The notes under the pieces were generated by a model that was not told the origin of the DNA, made no database searches, and worked only from the letters and a program-made list of their open reading frames with translations. Positions 52,001-60,275 of a stretch of 64,000 nt of DNA are shown piece after piece. Every line of letters begins with the position of its first letter. Position 1 is the stretch's first letter. The position numbers and the translations under genes are program-made. The DNA is from Leucoraja erinacea (lineage: Eukaryota): assembly GCF_028641065.1 (NCBI RefSeq), contig NC_073399.1, positions 9,176,001-9,240,000 of the forward strand, read 5' to 3'.

Positions 52001-52190
52001 GGCTACTGGAGACCGGGGCTCCGGGGCCCAGAGTCAACCACAGCCTTGGGGCCTCCGGCCTCTAATCTCCGCTCCCCAAATCCAACGACGGCTTTCCGAG
52101 CCCCCTCACCCCTCTCTCAAACCTCAGGGGATGGGGAAGGGGAAGCTTCTTACCGAGGAGCCGGTCGAACGGGCCACCGCCTTTCCCCAT
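22876..52190 (-). CDS. HGS: Hepatocyte growth factor-regulated tyrosine kinase substrate (Hrs, ESCRT-0), 21 coding exons, about 755 aa
   Basis: VHS, FYVE (WVD...RKHHCRACG...VRVC), double-sided UIM, PSAP motif, GAT/coiled coil, P/Q-rich tail and C-terminal clathrin box; all introns GT-AG; one apparent +1 frameshift in exon 18. Confidence 0.97.
23709..23860. repeat. Minisatellite, 4 x 37 bp
   Basis: Unit gaggacccgccagctggcaccgggtctctggtgctgt. Confidence 0.9.
23947..24042 (-). CDS. HGS: HGS exon 20
   Basis: [32 protein letters not shown]. Confidence 0.92.
24249..24350 (-). CDS. HGS: HGS exon 19
   Basis: [34 protein letters not shown]. Confidence 0.92.
24445..24875. repeat. G/A-rich polypurine low-complexity tract
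   Basis: Direct reading. Confidence 0.9.
24969..25103 (-). CDS. HGS: HGS exon 18 (135 nt as assembled, 1 nt too many)
   Basis: (DP)[43 protein letters not shown]; cag/gtaag. Confidence 0.88.
25845..26022 (-). CDS. HGS: HGS exon 17
   Basis: [59 protein letters not shown]. Confidence 0.94.
26270..26700 (-). mobile_element. CR1-like LINE 3' fragment
   Basis: RT-end motifs and tail; similar copies at about 16480-16800, 17375-17715, 37865-38150, 47800-48220, 60740-61120. Confidence 0.75.
26963..26990 (+). ncRNA. Minimal hammerhead-ribozyme-like core in Penelope terminal repeat
   Basis: CTGAAGA-A-GGGTC-TC-GACCT-GAAACGTC: CUGANGA box, stem II, GAAA, palindromic ACGU, UC. Confidence 0.55.
27194..27334 (-). 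CDS. HGS: HGS exon 16
   Basis: [47 protein letters not shown]. Confidence 0.96.
28597..28743. repeat. Minisatellite, ~19-bp unit, 7-8 copies
   Basis: Unit gtgctctactactgcccgc. Confidence 0.85.
28756..28928 (-). CDS. HGS: HGS exon 15 (coiled coil)
   Basis: [57 protein letters not shown]. Confidence 0.96.
29350..29563 (-). CDS. HGS: HGS exon 14 (GAT-N)
   Basis: [71 protein letters not shown]. Confidence 0.95.
30581..30724 (-). CDS. HGS: HGS exon 13 (PSAP TSG101-binding motif)
   Basis: [48 protein letters not shown]. Confidence 0.94.
31059..31199. other. Assembly gap (141 N) in HGS intron 12, after a poly-C run
   Basis: N run. Confidence 0.99.
31247..31285 (-). CDS. HGS: HGS exon 12 (39-nt micro-exon)
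   Basis: [13 protein letters not shown]; cag/gtaat. Confidence 0.9.
31937..32032 (-). CDS. HGS: HGS exon 11
   Basis: [32 protein letters not shown]. Confidence 0.94.
33620..33718 (-). CDS. HGS: HGS exon 10 (UIM)
   Basis: [33 protein letters not shown]. Confidence 0.95.
34417..34501 (-). CDS. HGS: HGS exon 9
   Basis: [28 protein letters not shown]. Confidence 0.93.
35461..35649. mobile_element. PIF/Harbinger-type MITE
   Basis: TIRs GGGCCTGTCCCACTTAC / GTAAGTGGGACAGGCCC; TAA on both flanks. Confidence 0.8.
36344..37306. mobile_element. MITE with ~16-bp TIRs (CAGTGCTCCTTAAACT), interrupted by the Rex1 LINE
   Basis: aagtgctccttaaact ... agtttaaggagcactg; uninterrupted relative at about 59428-59649. 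Confidence 0.7.
36458..37213 (+). mobile_element. 5'-truncated Rex1/Babar-type LINE (RT C-terminal region plus 3' UTR and (GAATC)n tail)
   Basis: [19 protein letters not shown]...[14 protein letters not shown]...[11 protein letters not shown]...[21 protein letters not shown]...RLRNSFF; tttgtc on both sides. Confidence 0.85.
38728..38852 (-). CDS. HGS: HGS exon 8 (FYVE)
   Basis: [41 protein letters not shown]. Confidence 0.96.
39000..39612. mobile_element. Two HE1-like SINE copies, opposite orientations
   Basis: Minus copy about 39000-39215, plus copy about 39355-39612. Confidence 0.65.
39797..39865 (-). CDS. HGS: HGS exon 7 (FYVE)
   Basis: [23 protein letters not shown]. Confidence 0.95.
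40534..40586 (-). CDS. HGS: HGS exon 6
   Basis: [18 protein letters not shown]. Confidence 0.93.
41389..41512 (-). CDS. HGS: HGS exon 5 (VHS)
   Basis: [41 protein letters not shown]. Confidence 0.95.
44635..44939. mobile_element. PIF/Harbinger-type MITE, same family, inserted in a SINE
   Basis: tta|tgggcctgtcccac ... gggacagaccca. Confidence 0.7.
45355..45382 (-). ncRNA. Minimal hammerhead-ribozyme-like core
   Basis: Minus strand CTGAAGAAGGGCCTCGACCCGAAACGTC. Confidence 0.45.
45600..46170 (-). mobile_element. CR1-like LINE 3' fragment
   Basis: [58 protein letters not shown]. Confidence 0.82.
46309..46401 (-). CDS. HGS: HGS exon 4 (VHS)
   Basis: [31 protein letters not shown]. Confidence 0.95.
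46667..46862. mobile_element. PIF/Harbinger-type MITE, same family
   Basis: taa|agggcctgtcccac ... gtgggacaggtcct. Confidence 0.72.
47551..47626 (-). CDS. HGS: HGS exon 3 (VHS)
   Basis: [25 protein letters not shown]. Confidence 0.95.
49155..49239 (-). CDS. HGS: HGS exon 2 (VHS)
   Basis: [29 protein letters not shown]. Confidence 0.95.
50650..51135 (+). mobile_element. CR1-like LINE 3' fragment
   Basis: [45 protein letters not shown]...[12 protein letters not shown]. Confidence 0.82.
51700..51830. repeat. Degenerate (TG)n microsatellite
   Basis: Direct reading. Confidence 0.85.
52154..52190 (-). CDS. HGS: HGS exon 1 ([12 protein letters not shown])
   Basis: 37 nt, donor gtaag. Confidence 0.92.
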
Positions 52191-52481
52191 CGCTCCGACT
52201 GTTTGTTTGTTCCCTTCTTCGCTGCCGGGTTCAGGCGCTCGCCGCGGACACTCACCCCCTCGGGTCCTGCAGGGGGGAGGCGTCGCTCGGCTCCGGCGTC
52301 ACCCGCGCCCGCCCGCCTGACGTCATGGTCACTAACATTCCCCTCCTAAAAATAAATAATGGCGAAAAAATAATCCCACTGTGTGTGGCGCCCGCACGGG
52401 GGGTGAGAAGAAGATAAATTAAATTGTTGTTGTCTGGAGTGAGCCGGGCGGCGCGGTGTTTGGACGTCACGGCGGTTCGGC

Positions 52482-52495
52482 GTTGCCGGGGTAAC
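52482..52495. promoter_or_regulatory. RFX X-box, copy 1
   Basis: GTTGCC-GG-GGTAAC fits GTNRCC(N0-3)RGYAAC. Confidence 0.6.
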
Positions 52496-52510
52496 TGAGG
52501 CCTGTGCGGC

Positions 52511-53428
52511 CCAAAGATCCTATAGCGGAGGGGCATAGGGGGGAGACATTGTAGTGGGGGTGGAGGCGAGGGAGTGCCGGTGGGGAGGGTTGGGGAGGGT
52601 GGTGGTGGGGAGGGTTGGGTGGGGGGGGGAAGGGGGTGTGGTGTGGGGGGGGGGGGGGTGGGAGGGGGGTGGGGAAGGGCGTGGGTGGGGGGGGGGGGGG
52701 GGGGGTGGGGAGGGTGGTGGGGGGGGAAAGGGGGGGGGGGGGGGGGTGGGTGAAGGGTAGTGGGTGGTGAGGCGAGGGAATGCCGGTTGTGGGGGAGAGT
52801 TAGGAGGTGGGATAGGGCCTAGTGTGTGTGATGTTGCGGGGAGGTTTACAATGTTTCTTATTTAATGCCCCTTGTCTAGTCTGAAATAAAGTTCATCATT
52901 GGATATAAAAATCAGCAGAAATATAATTGTGTGTGTGTTATATGATTACATACATTTATATCACATTCATGTATGTGTGTTTATAAACATTTTATTCTTT
53001 AACAAGAATTAACAGAAGTATGAACTAACAGCATTATGAAACTAACCCTATATCACGCACAAAAACTGTTCCCCCGCAATGTTAATCACCCTGCGAGTCG
53101 GGTCGTCCGGTTACTACAAAATCAACTCAAACACTGCTTGTGAGCCATTTAAAAAGAAATGATTTAAAAGACATTAAAAAAGACAATTACCAGAGTCAAA
53201 TTTTATTCTTGACAAGAAGTATAAACTGACAGAATTGTGAATCTAACCCTATATCACACACACAAACTGTTGCCCCGCAACGTTGATTACACTGCGAGTA
53301 GGGTCGGGTCGGTTCCGGTTACTAAAATGGACGGGGGAAAATGCCCAGGATCCCCTCCGTAGCTACTCCACGTCAGCCCATTGCATTTCGCAGGCGTGGG
53401 CTATCTTGCTCCGCTATAGGGTCTTTGG
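52511..53428. mobile_element. Non-autonomous TIR element (~918 bp) flanked by a 28-30-bp direct repeat
   Basis: TIR CCAAAGATCCTATAGCGGAG (52511-52530) vs CTCCGCTATAGGGTCTTTGG (53409-53428), 19/20 match; identical flanks at 52483-52510 and 53429-53456; internal duplicated ~125-bp unit. Confidence 0.8.
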
Positions 53429-53441
53429 TTGCCGGGGTAAC
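53428..53441. promoter_or_regulatory. RFX X-box, copy 2
   Basis: Identical GTTGCCGGGGTAAC, about 170 nt upstream of the ARL16 coding start position. Confidence 0.6.
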
Positions 53442-53613
53442 TGAGGCCTGTGCGGCCTAGTGACTCGGAGCTGCCTCACTCTAGCTCGCCGTGCGGACGG
53501 ACGGACATCGGCATCCCGCCTGGGAATCGCTCCTAGCATCGCCGACCCCCGTAGCCTCACCTCCCTCCCTCCCTCTCGCAGTCACGGCCTCGGCCTCAAC
53601 CTCAACCCCAGCC

Positions 53614-53674
53614 CCGGGCCTGCTGCTCGGGGCGACGGCGGTGGGGAAAACCCTGCTGCTCAAGACGCTGCACA
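53614..53674 (+). CDS. ARL16: ARL16 exon 1 coding part (P-loop GATAVGKT)
   Basis: PGLLLGATAVGKTLLLKTLH followed by U12 donor ATATCCTT at 53675; CCG where Met is expected. Confidence 0.8.
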
Positions 53675-56600
53675 ATATCCTTTAGGCTGCCAGTCAATCA
53701 ATGTGGTGCAAATCAAAGATACTCCTCTTATAATCTTTGGTGCAAATGAATAAGGGAAATGGAAGAGAACTAAGCATCGAGCATCAGGGAGCGAGTGGTT
53801 GCATACTTGATCTTTCTTGGTTTCTTGGTCCTCCAAAATATTCCAAATGGAATTTAACTGGAGGTGGTGAAGGGAGGGCTTAAGCCAGAAAGAGTTATTG
53901 CTGGAGAAACTCAGCGGGTGAGGCAGCACGTATGGAGCGAAGGAAATAGGCAAAGTTTCGGAACGAAACGTTGCCTATTTCCTTCGTTCCATAGATGCTG
54001 CCTCACCCGCTGAGTTTCACCAGCAATTTTGTCTACTTGCAAACACAATTCATTGCCGTTGCCACCACCACACAAGTTGGGCAGTGTAAGAATTCCAAAG
54101 TTGAAACATTGCTTAGTTTAGTTTATTACTGTCACGTGTACCGAGGTACAGTGAAAAGCTTTTTTGTTGCCTGCTATCCAGTCAGCGGAAAGATTGTACA
54201 TGGTTACAATCGAGCCATCCACGGTGTACAGAAGATAGACACAAAATGATGGAGTAACTCGGCGGGTCAGGCAACATCTCTGGAGAAAAAGGATGGGCGA
54301 TGTATCGGGTTGGGACCCTTCTTCAAACTGAAAAAGGGTCCCAATCTGAAACGTCACCTATCCACGTTTCAAAAGATGCTGGCACACACAAAGCTGGAGA
54401 AACTCAGCGGGTGCAGCAGCATCTATGGAGCAAAGGAAAAAGGCAACGTTTCGGGCCGAAACCCTTCTTCAAAAGATGCTGCATGCTCCGCTGGGTTACT
54501 CTAGCACTTTGTGTCTAGCTTTGCTATAAACCACGCCTGCAGTTTCCACTAAAGGCTATATTATTGTATTAATTTTCACTTGCTCAATTTGACCAATATA
54601 TTTAAATAGTGACAAAAAATGCTTATTCTTTTTATGGAGAATGTTTTTTGTTTTTTTATTATATTATCTATTGAGTAATGCGTTTCCAAACCTGTTATGC
54701 TGCTGCAAAAAGTAAGAATGTTATTGTTACGTTTCAGGACAAATGACAATAAAACACTGAAGATGGACGCAAAAACGAGTAACTCAGCAGGTCTCAACCC
54801 AAAACGTCACCTATTCCTTTTCTCCAGAGATGCTGCCTGACCCCGCTGAGTTACTCCAGCATTTTGTGTCCATCTTCGGTGTAAACCAGCATCAGCAGTT
54901 CCTTCCTGACCATAAAACATGAATTCCTAATTGGCTAGATTGTCGCTTGATTTTAATTAATGCCACTTCAGTAAAATACATTAAGGATCTGGAGTGTAAA
55001 TTGATGGTGATCATATATTAACCAACACTTGCACCTCCTCCAACTTCATCTATTGTATCCCCTGTTCCAGGTGAGACCAAGCCCAGGCTCAGCAATCGTT
55101 TCGCTGAACACCTCCGCTCAGTCTGCCTAAACCTACCAGATCTCCCGGTTTCTAAACACCCGCTCCCATTCACACACTGACCTTTCTGTCCTGGGCCTCC
55201 TCCATTGTCAGAGTGAGGCCCAGCGCAAATTGGAGGAACAGCACATCATATTTCGCTTGGGCAGCTTACACCCCAACGGTATGAACATTGACTTCTCTAG
55301 CTTCAAGTACCCCTTGCTTTCCCGCTCTCACCATCCATCCACCCCTTTCCAGTTCCCCGACCAATGTGACTGCCCTCATTACCATTTTATCTCTGCTTTG
55401 TTGTTACCTTCTCCTAGCGAACAATGATCTATTCTACATTTACCCTTGATCTCCATCCCCTTTGTCTCAGTTTCACACCTTACAATTCCTTATCTCTGTA
55501 TCTCCCTCTCCCCTCTGACTCTCAGTCTGAAGAAGGGTCTCGACCTGAAACGTAACCCATTCCTTCTATCCAGAGATACTGCCTGTCCCGCTGAATTAAT
55601 CCAGCATTTTGTATCTATTTTCAATTTTTTGAATTGTCTTGTACTTTTGGGTTCTTGAACAATGTAAACAGATGAGCTTGAAAGGAGTGACTGGTGATCT
55701 CGACGAAACCCCACCTACTCTCCCAACGGTATGCTCAACGCCTTCCGTAACAAACTTGCTTTAAATCTCTATGTTTGGGTCTGGGTTTATTATCGTCACG
55801 TGTAATGAGGTGCTGTGTAAAGTTTTGTTTTGCCGCTCAGTACAGTTTTCGTTTAGATTTTTTTTCAGTTCAGTTTAGTTTATTGCCATGTGCCACGAGG
55901 TACAGTGAAAAGCTTTTGTTGCGTGCTAACCAGTCAGCGTAAAGACAATACATGATTACAATCGAGCCATAGATACATGATATGGGAATGTGTAAGAGAG
56001 AACTGTAGATGCTAGTTTAAATCGAAAGTAAACACAAAATGCTGGAGTAACTCAGCGGGTGAAGCAGCATCGCTGGAGAGAAGGATGTTTTTGGGTCGAG
56101 ACCCTTCTTCAGACTGATGTCAGGGGAGGGGGTGGGACAAAGATAGAATGTAGGCAGAGACAGTGAGACTAGCAAGGGCCATCTGAAGTTATGATGATAT
56201 GGGAATAATGTTTAGTACAAGGTAAAGCCAGTAATGTCTGATCAAATATTGTCCGAGGGTCACCAATGAGGTAGATAGTAGATCAGGACCGCTCTCTGGT
56301 TGTGGTAGGATGGTTCAGTTGCCTGATTAACAGCTGGGAAGAAACCGTCCTCGAATCTGGAGGTGTGCGTTTTCACACTTCTGTACCTTTTGTTCGACGG
56401 GAGGGGGGAGAAGAAGAAGGAGTGGTCGGGGGTGCGACTGGTCCTTGGTTATGCTGCTGGCTGGTGGGGAAAAATGCAAGAGTTACCGCCTTCAGTTCGG
56501 CATCGATGCCACATTTAATCTGCTTTGCCCGCAGGTGGGAACCAACTTAACCGACATCACCATCAACAAGAGGAGAATTACGATTCGAGAACTGGGAGGC

Positions 56601-58945
56601 TGCATGGGTCCCATCTGGCCAAGTTACTACGCCGACTCTGAGGCTGTGATGGTGAGTATCGGCAGTGTGGGCCTCTCCCCACACTACCTCCCTCACTCAC
56701 CCCACAGGATGGGACAGCAGTGGCTCCCTTCCTGCTCCTGAATCCATACCGTGTTTTTAAATCTTACCTCAGCTAATTTTATGACAGGCAAAGGAGGGGG
56801 AAAATAAAATCTCATCTTCCATAAGTGATAGGAGCAGAATTAGGCCCTTTGGCCCATCAGGTTTACTGCCATTCAATCATGGCTGATCTATCTTTCCCTC
56901 TCAACCCCATTCTCCTGCCTTCTCCCCATAACCCCATAGCACCCGTACCAATCAAGAATCTGTTCATCTCTGCCTTAAAGATACCCACTGACTTGGACCT
57001 CACAGCCTTCTGTGGCAATGATTTACACAGATTCACCACCTCCCTGACTAAAAATATTCCTCCTCACATCTTTTCTAAAGGTACATTATTGAACTAGTTC
57101 TTCCAAGTTGTTTATTTATAAGATAGGTTCTGATAGTGACAATTAGCCTGTGTAGAGTTTCCCCATCATGGAAACAGGCCCTTCGGCCCAACTCATCCAT
57201 GCCGACCAACATGCCCCATCTACACTCGTCCCACCTGCTTGCGTTTGGCCCATATCCCTCTAAACATTTCCTATCCATGTACAGGTACATGTCCAAATCT
57301 CTATTAAATGATGTTATAGCATCTCCACTGGCAGCTCGGACCACATTGCTACCACCATCCATGTGAAAACATTGCCCCATCAGGTTCCTATTAAATCTTG
57401 ACTATCACCTTTAAACCTCTGCCCTCTGGTTTTTGATTCCCCCACTCTGGATCTTTTCCCCTCGTGAGTCTTATACACCTCTTGTGTCTCGTTCCTGAAG
57501 CAAGGCACCAATTGCCCAGCTACCCCTTCACAGTGTTAATAGACATAAAATGCCGGAGTAACTCAGCGGGACAGGCAGCATCTATGGGTGCAAAGGAATG
57601 GATGACATTTCGGTCTGAGATCCTTCTTGACCCGAAACGTCACCTATTCCTTCTCTTCAGAGATGCTGCCTGTCCCGCTGAGTTACTCCGGCAATTTATG
57701 TCGATCTTCGGTGTAAACCAGCACCTGCACCTTTACAGTGAATGTTTTCCCCCTTAGTTTGTCATCGACGCTGCCAATCCCACCCAGATCTCGTCCTCGT
57801 GCATTCAGCTGCTGGAGGTCCTCACGGCTGAGCAACTGCAGGAAACTCCGATCCTGATCCTCTTCAACAAAGTGTAAGTACAGACCCAAGCTGCCAGACC
57901 CAAGAGGGGAGGGGAGGGGGGAGAGAACAAAGGAGGACCCGGTGTGAGGTGTGAGGGGGACTGCTGTGAAGGGCGGGGGGGGGAGGGGCAACCATGCGGG
58001 GGGGGCCGACAGGGGAGGGAACAAAGGCCTGGCGCGGGATACTTCGTAACTTTCAGTGGCGGCTCTTTGCAAACCTTGGGTAGACAAAACAAAAAATGTC
58101 ACCGTGACAATAGACAATAGGTGCAGGAGTAAGCCATTCGGCCCTTCCAGCCAGCACCGCCATTCAATCTGATCATGGCTGATCATCCCCAATCAGTACC
58201 CCGTTCCTGCTTTCTCCCCATATCCCCTGACTCCGCTATCTTCAAGAGACTTACCTAGCTCTCTCTTGAAAGCCTCCTCTGGCAGCTTGTTCCATACACC
58301 CACCACCCTTTGTGTCAAAAGGTTACCCCTCAGATTCCTATTAAATCTTTTCTCCTTCACCAAAGTCAAAGTCAATTTTATTTGTCATATACACCTGAAG
58401 GTGCAGTGAAATGAATTTGCCAGCAGTGATACACTTAAGGAATGCACAATGCACTATAACATTTAACACAAACATCCACCACAGTATTCTTCACTGTGGT
58501 GGAAGGCAACAAAGTTCAGCCAGTCTTCCTCCTTGTACCTATGTCCTCTGGTCCTCGATTCACCTACTCTGGGCAAGAGACTCTGCATCTACCCGATCTA
58601 TTCCTCTCATGATTTTATACATTTTATATATACATATACTATATAAGATAATTCTTATTGCTGGTGGATGCAGGCAAGGAGGGTTTAGATTGGGTTATTT
58701 GATATATATTGTTAATATTTACGCTGCTTTAAAAGCACCGGGGAATAACTCGAGTCTCTCATTTCAGTGATCTACCCTGCCACATGTCCCTGGTAGAAAT
58801 GAAAAGCCTGTTCCGGTTGGATGACATACTTGCCTGCTCCAAGCAGAGAATCAGCGTGCTGGAGGTGAGTGCGCGGACCGGCAGAGGCTTGGACCAGCTC
58901 CTGAAGTGGCTGCACACTCACCTCAAAGGGAAGCACTCGTCCTGA
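53614..58945 (+). CDS. ARL16: ADP-ribosylation factor-like GTPase 16, 5 exons, about 176 aa; start codon unresolved
   Basis: LLLGATAVGKTLLLK, PTVGTNL, IRELGGCMGPIWPSYY, FVIDAANPTQ, LILFNKVDLP, EVSARTGRGL; head-to-head with HGS as in human. Confidence 0.94.
55025..55620 (+). mobile_element. Penelope-like element 3' fragment inside ARL16 intron 1
   Basis: TCTSSNFIYCI...GETK.RL..RFAEHLRSV...KLEEQHIIFRLGSLHPNGMNIDF, then terminal repeat with hammerhead-like core. Confidence 0.8.
55527..55554 (+). ncRNA. Minimal hammerhead-ribozyme-like core in Penelope terminal repeat
   Basis: CTGAAGAAGGGTCTCGACCTGAAACGTA. Confidence 0.55.
55670..55728 (+). CDS. ARL16: ARL16 exon 2
   Basis: ac|AG ATG AGC...: KMSLKGVTGDLDETPPTLPT|gtatg; 59 nt restores frame. 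Confidence 0.85.
56535..56651 (+). CDS. ARL16: ARL16 exon 3
   Basis: VGTNLTDITINKRRITIRELGGCMGPIWPSYYADSEAVM; cag/gtgagt. Confidence 0.95.
57758..57873 (+). CDS. ARL16: ARL16 exon 4
   Basis: FVIDAANPTQISSSCIQLLEVLTAEQLQETPILILFNK; tag/gtaagt. Confidence 0.95.
58768..58945 (+). CDS. ARL16: ARL16 exon 5 (terminal)
   Basis: DLPCHMSLVEMKSLFRLDDILACSKQRISVLEVSARTGRGLDQLLKWLHTHLKGKHSS then TGA. Confidence 0.95.
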
Positions 58946-59427
58946 AGGCAGTAAACTCTGCGCCTTGCTTCCCACACCCTCGCTCCACTGATAATGTTCG
59001 GGAGAGCCCAGACACACCACTGCCTGCCACGGTTTCCTTAGTGTGTAAGGAGGTACTGCAGACGCTGGTTTAAACCGAAGATAGACAAAAAAAAAGCTGG
59101 AGTAACTCAGCGGGACAGGCAGCATCTCTGGAGAGAAGGAATGGGTGACATTTTGGGTTGAGACCTTTCTTCAGACTGAGAGTTAGGGGAAAGTATAGTG
59201 TGTTGGAAAGAACTGCAGATGCTGGTTTAAACCAAAGATAGAGACACAAAAAGCTGGAGTAACTCAGCGGGACAGGCAGCATCTCTGGAGAGAAGGGATT
59301 GGTGTCGTTTCGGGTTGAGTCTGAAGAAGGGTCTAGGACCGAAACATCAGCCATTCCTTCTCTCCAGAGATGCTGCCTGTCCCGCTGAGTTACTCCAGCT
59401 TTTTGTGTCTTGCGCAATGCATCTTGT

Positions 59428-59649
59428 ACTGGTGAATGGTTCACCCTAGGGTGAATTAAAATATTTTGGGGTGAATTACTTAAGTTATGTTTTTTGCTCA
59501 CGTGACAAGATAAATGATATATATAATTATACACAAGGGAGAATGAGACGAAAATTGCCAAAAAAAACATAAGAACATTTAGGCGAGGGTGAATGACATT
59601 TTGTGAAGACTCAAGGGTGAATGACACTGAAATAGTTTAAGAAGCACTG
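59428..59649. mobile_element. Second, uninterrupted copy of the same MITE (opposite orientation)
   Basis: Reverse complement aligns by eye with 36344-36457 plus 37214-37295. Confidence 0.65.
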
Positions 59650-59984
59650 AAAATGCTACTGTTTCCTTAGTAGCTGGAAGGTGTTGAATCTCCCAGCGTC
59701 TGTATCCGAGAGACACACGCAGTGGCCAAATTCTGTGCTTTCTGAATTGCTCTCAGCCTTGTGAGGAAGACAAAGGTGCATCTAAAGTACATTTGTAACA
59801 AAGCATATTCCCCCCCCCCCCCACTTCTACCCTCAGTCGGAAGAAGGGTTTTGCCCCAAAATGTCACCTATTCCTTTTCTCCAGAGATGCTGCCTGACCC
59901 GCCAGGTTACTCCAGCTTTTTGTGTCTATCTTCGGTATAAACCAGCATCTGCAGTGCCTTCCTGCATAGAATGGAAACATTGTA

Positions 59985-60275
59985 GGTGGTCACAGTGGCG
60001 CAGCGGTAAGAGTTGCTGCCTCACGGCGTCAGAGACCCAGGTTCGATCCTGACCTCGGGTGCTGTCTGTATGGAGTTTGCGCGTTCTCCCCTTGAAGCGT
60101 GGGTTTCCGCCGGGTGCTCCGGTTTCCTCACACATCCCAAAGAATTGCGGGTTTGTAGGTCAATTGGCTTCTGCAAATTGTCCGTAGTGTGTGTAGGATG
60201 GAACTAGTGTGGGGATCGCTAGTCAGTGCGGGCTCGGTGGGCTTAGGGGCCTGTTTCCACACTGTATCTCTAAAG
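59985..60275 (+). mobile_element. Near full-length HE1-like V-SINE (one of many copies in the window)
   Basis: gtggcgcagcggt...ccaggttcgatcctgacctcgggtgctgtctgtatggagtttgc...gggcctgtttccacactgtatctctaaa. Confidence 0.8.

Larger units (their letters stand above)
52191..53613. promoter_or_regulatory. HGS/ARL16 bidirectional CpG-rich promoter region, split by an insertion
   Basis: Divergent first exons; CpG-rich; full CRE TGACGTCA at 52318-52325; X-box GTTGCCGGGGTAAC at 52482 and 53428. Confidence 0.75.
53675..55669 (+). other. U12-type AT-AC intron (ARL16 intron 1)
   Basis: 5' ATATCCTT; branch-like TTCTTGAAC at 55652-55660; 3' AC at 55668-55669; joins exons in frame. Confidence 0.85.

Noticed and set aside
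58865-58870. GTGAGT donor-like site inside ARL16 exon 5
   Set aside because: Reading through it gives the conserved EVSARTGRGL G5-region motif and a normal C-terminus.
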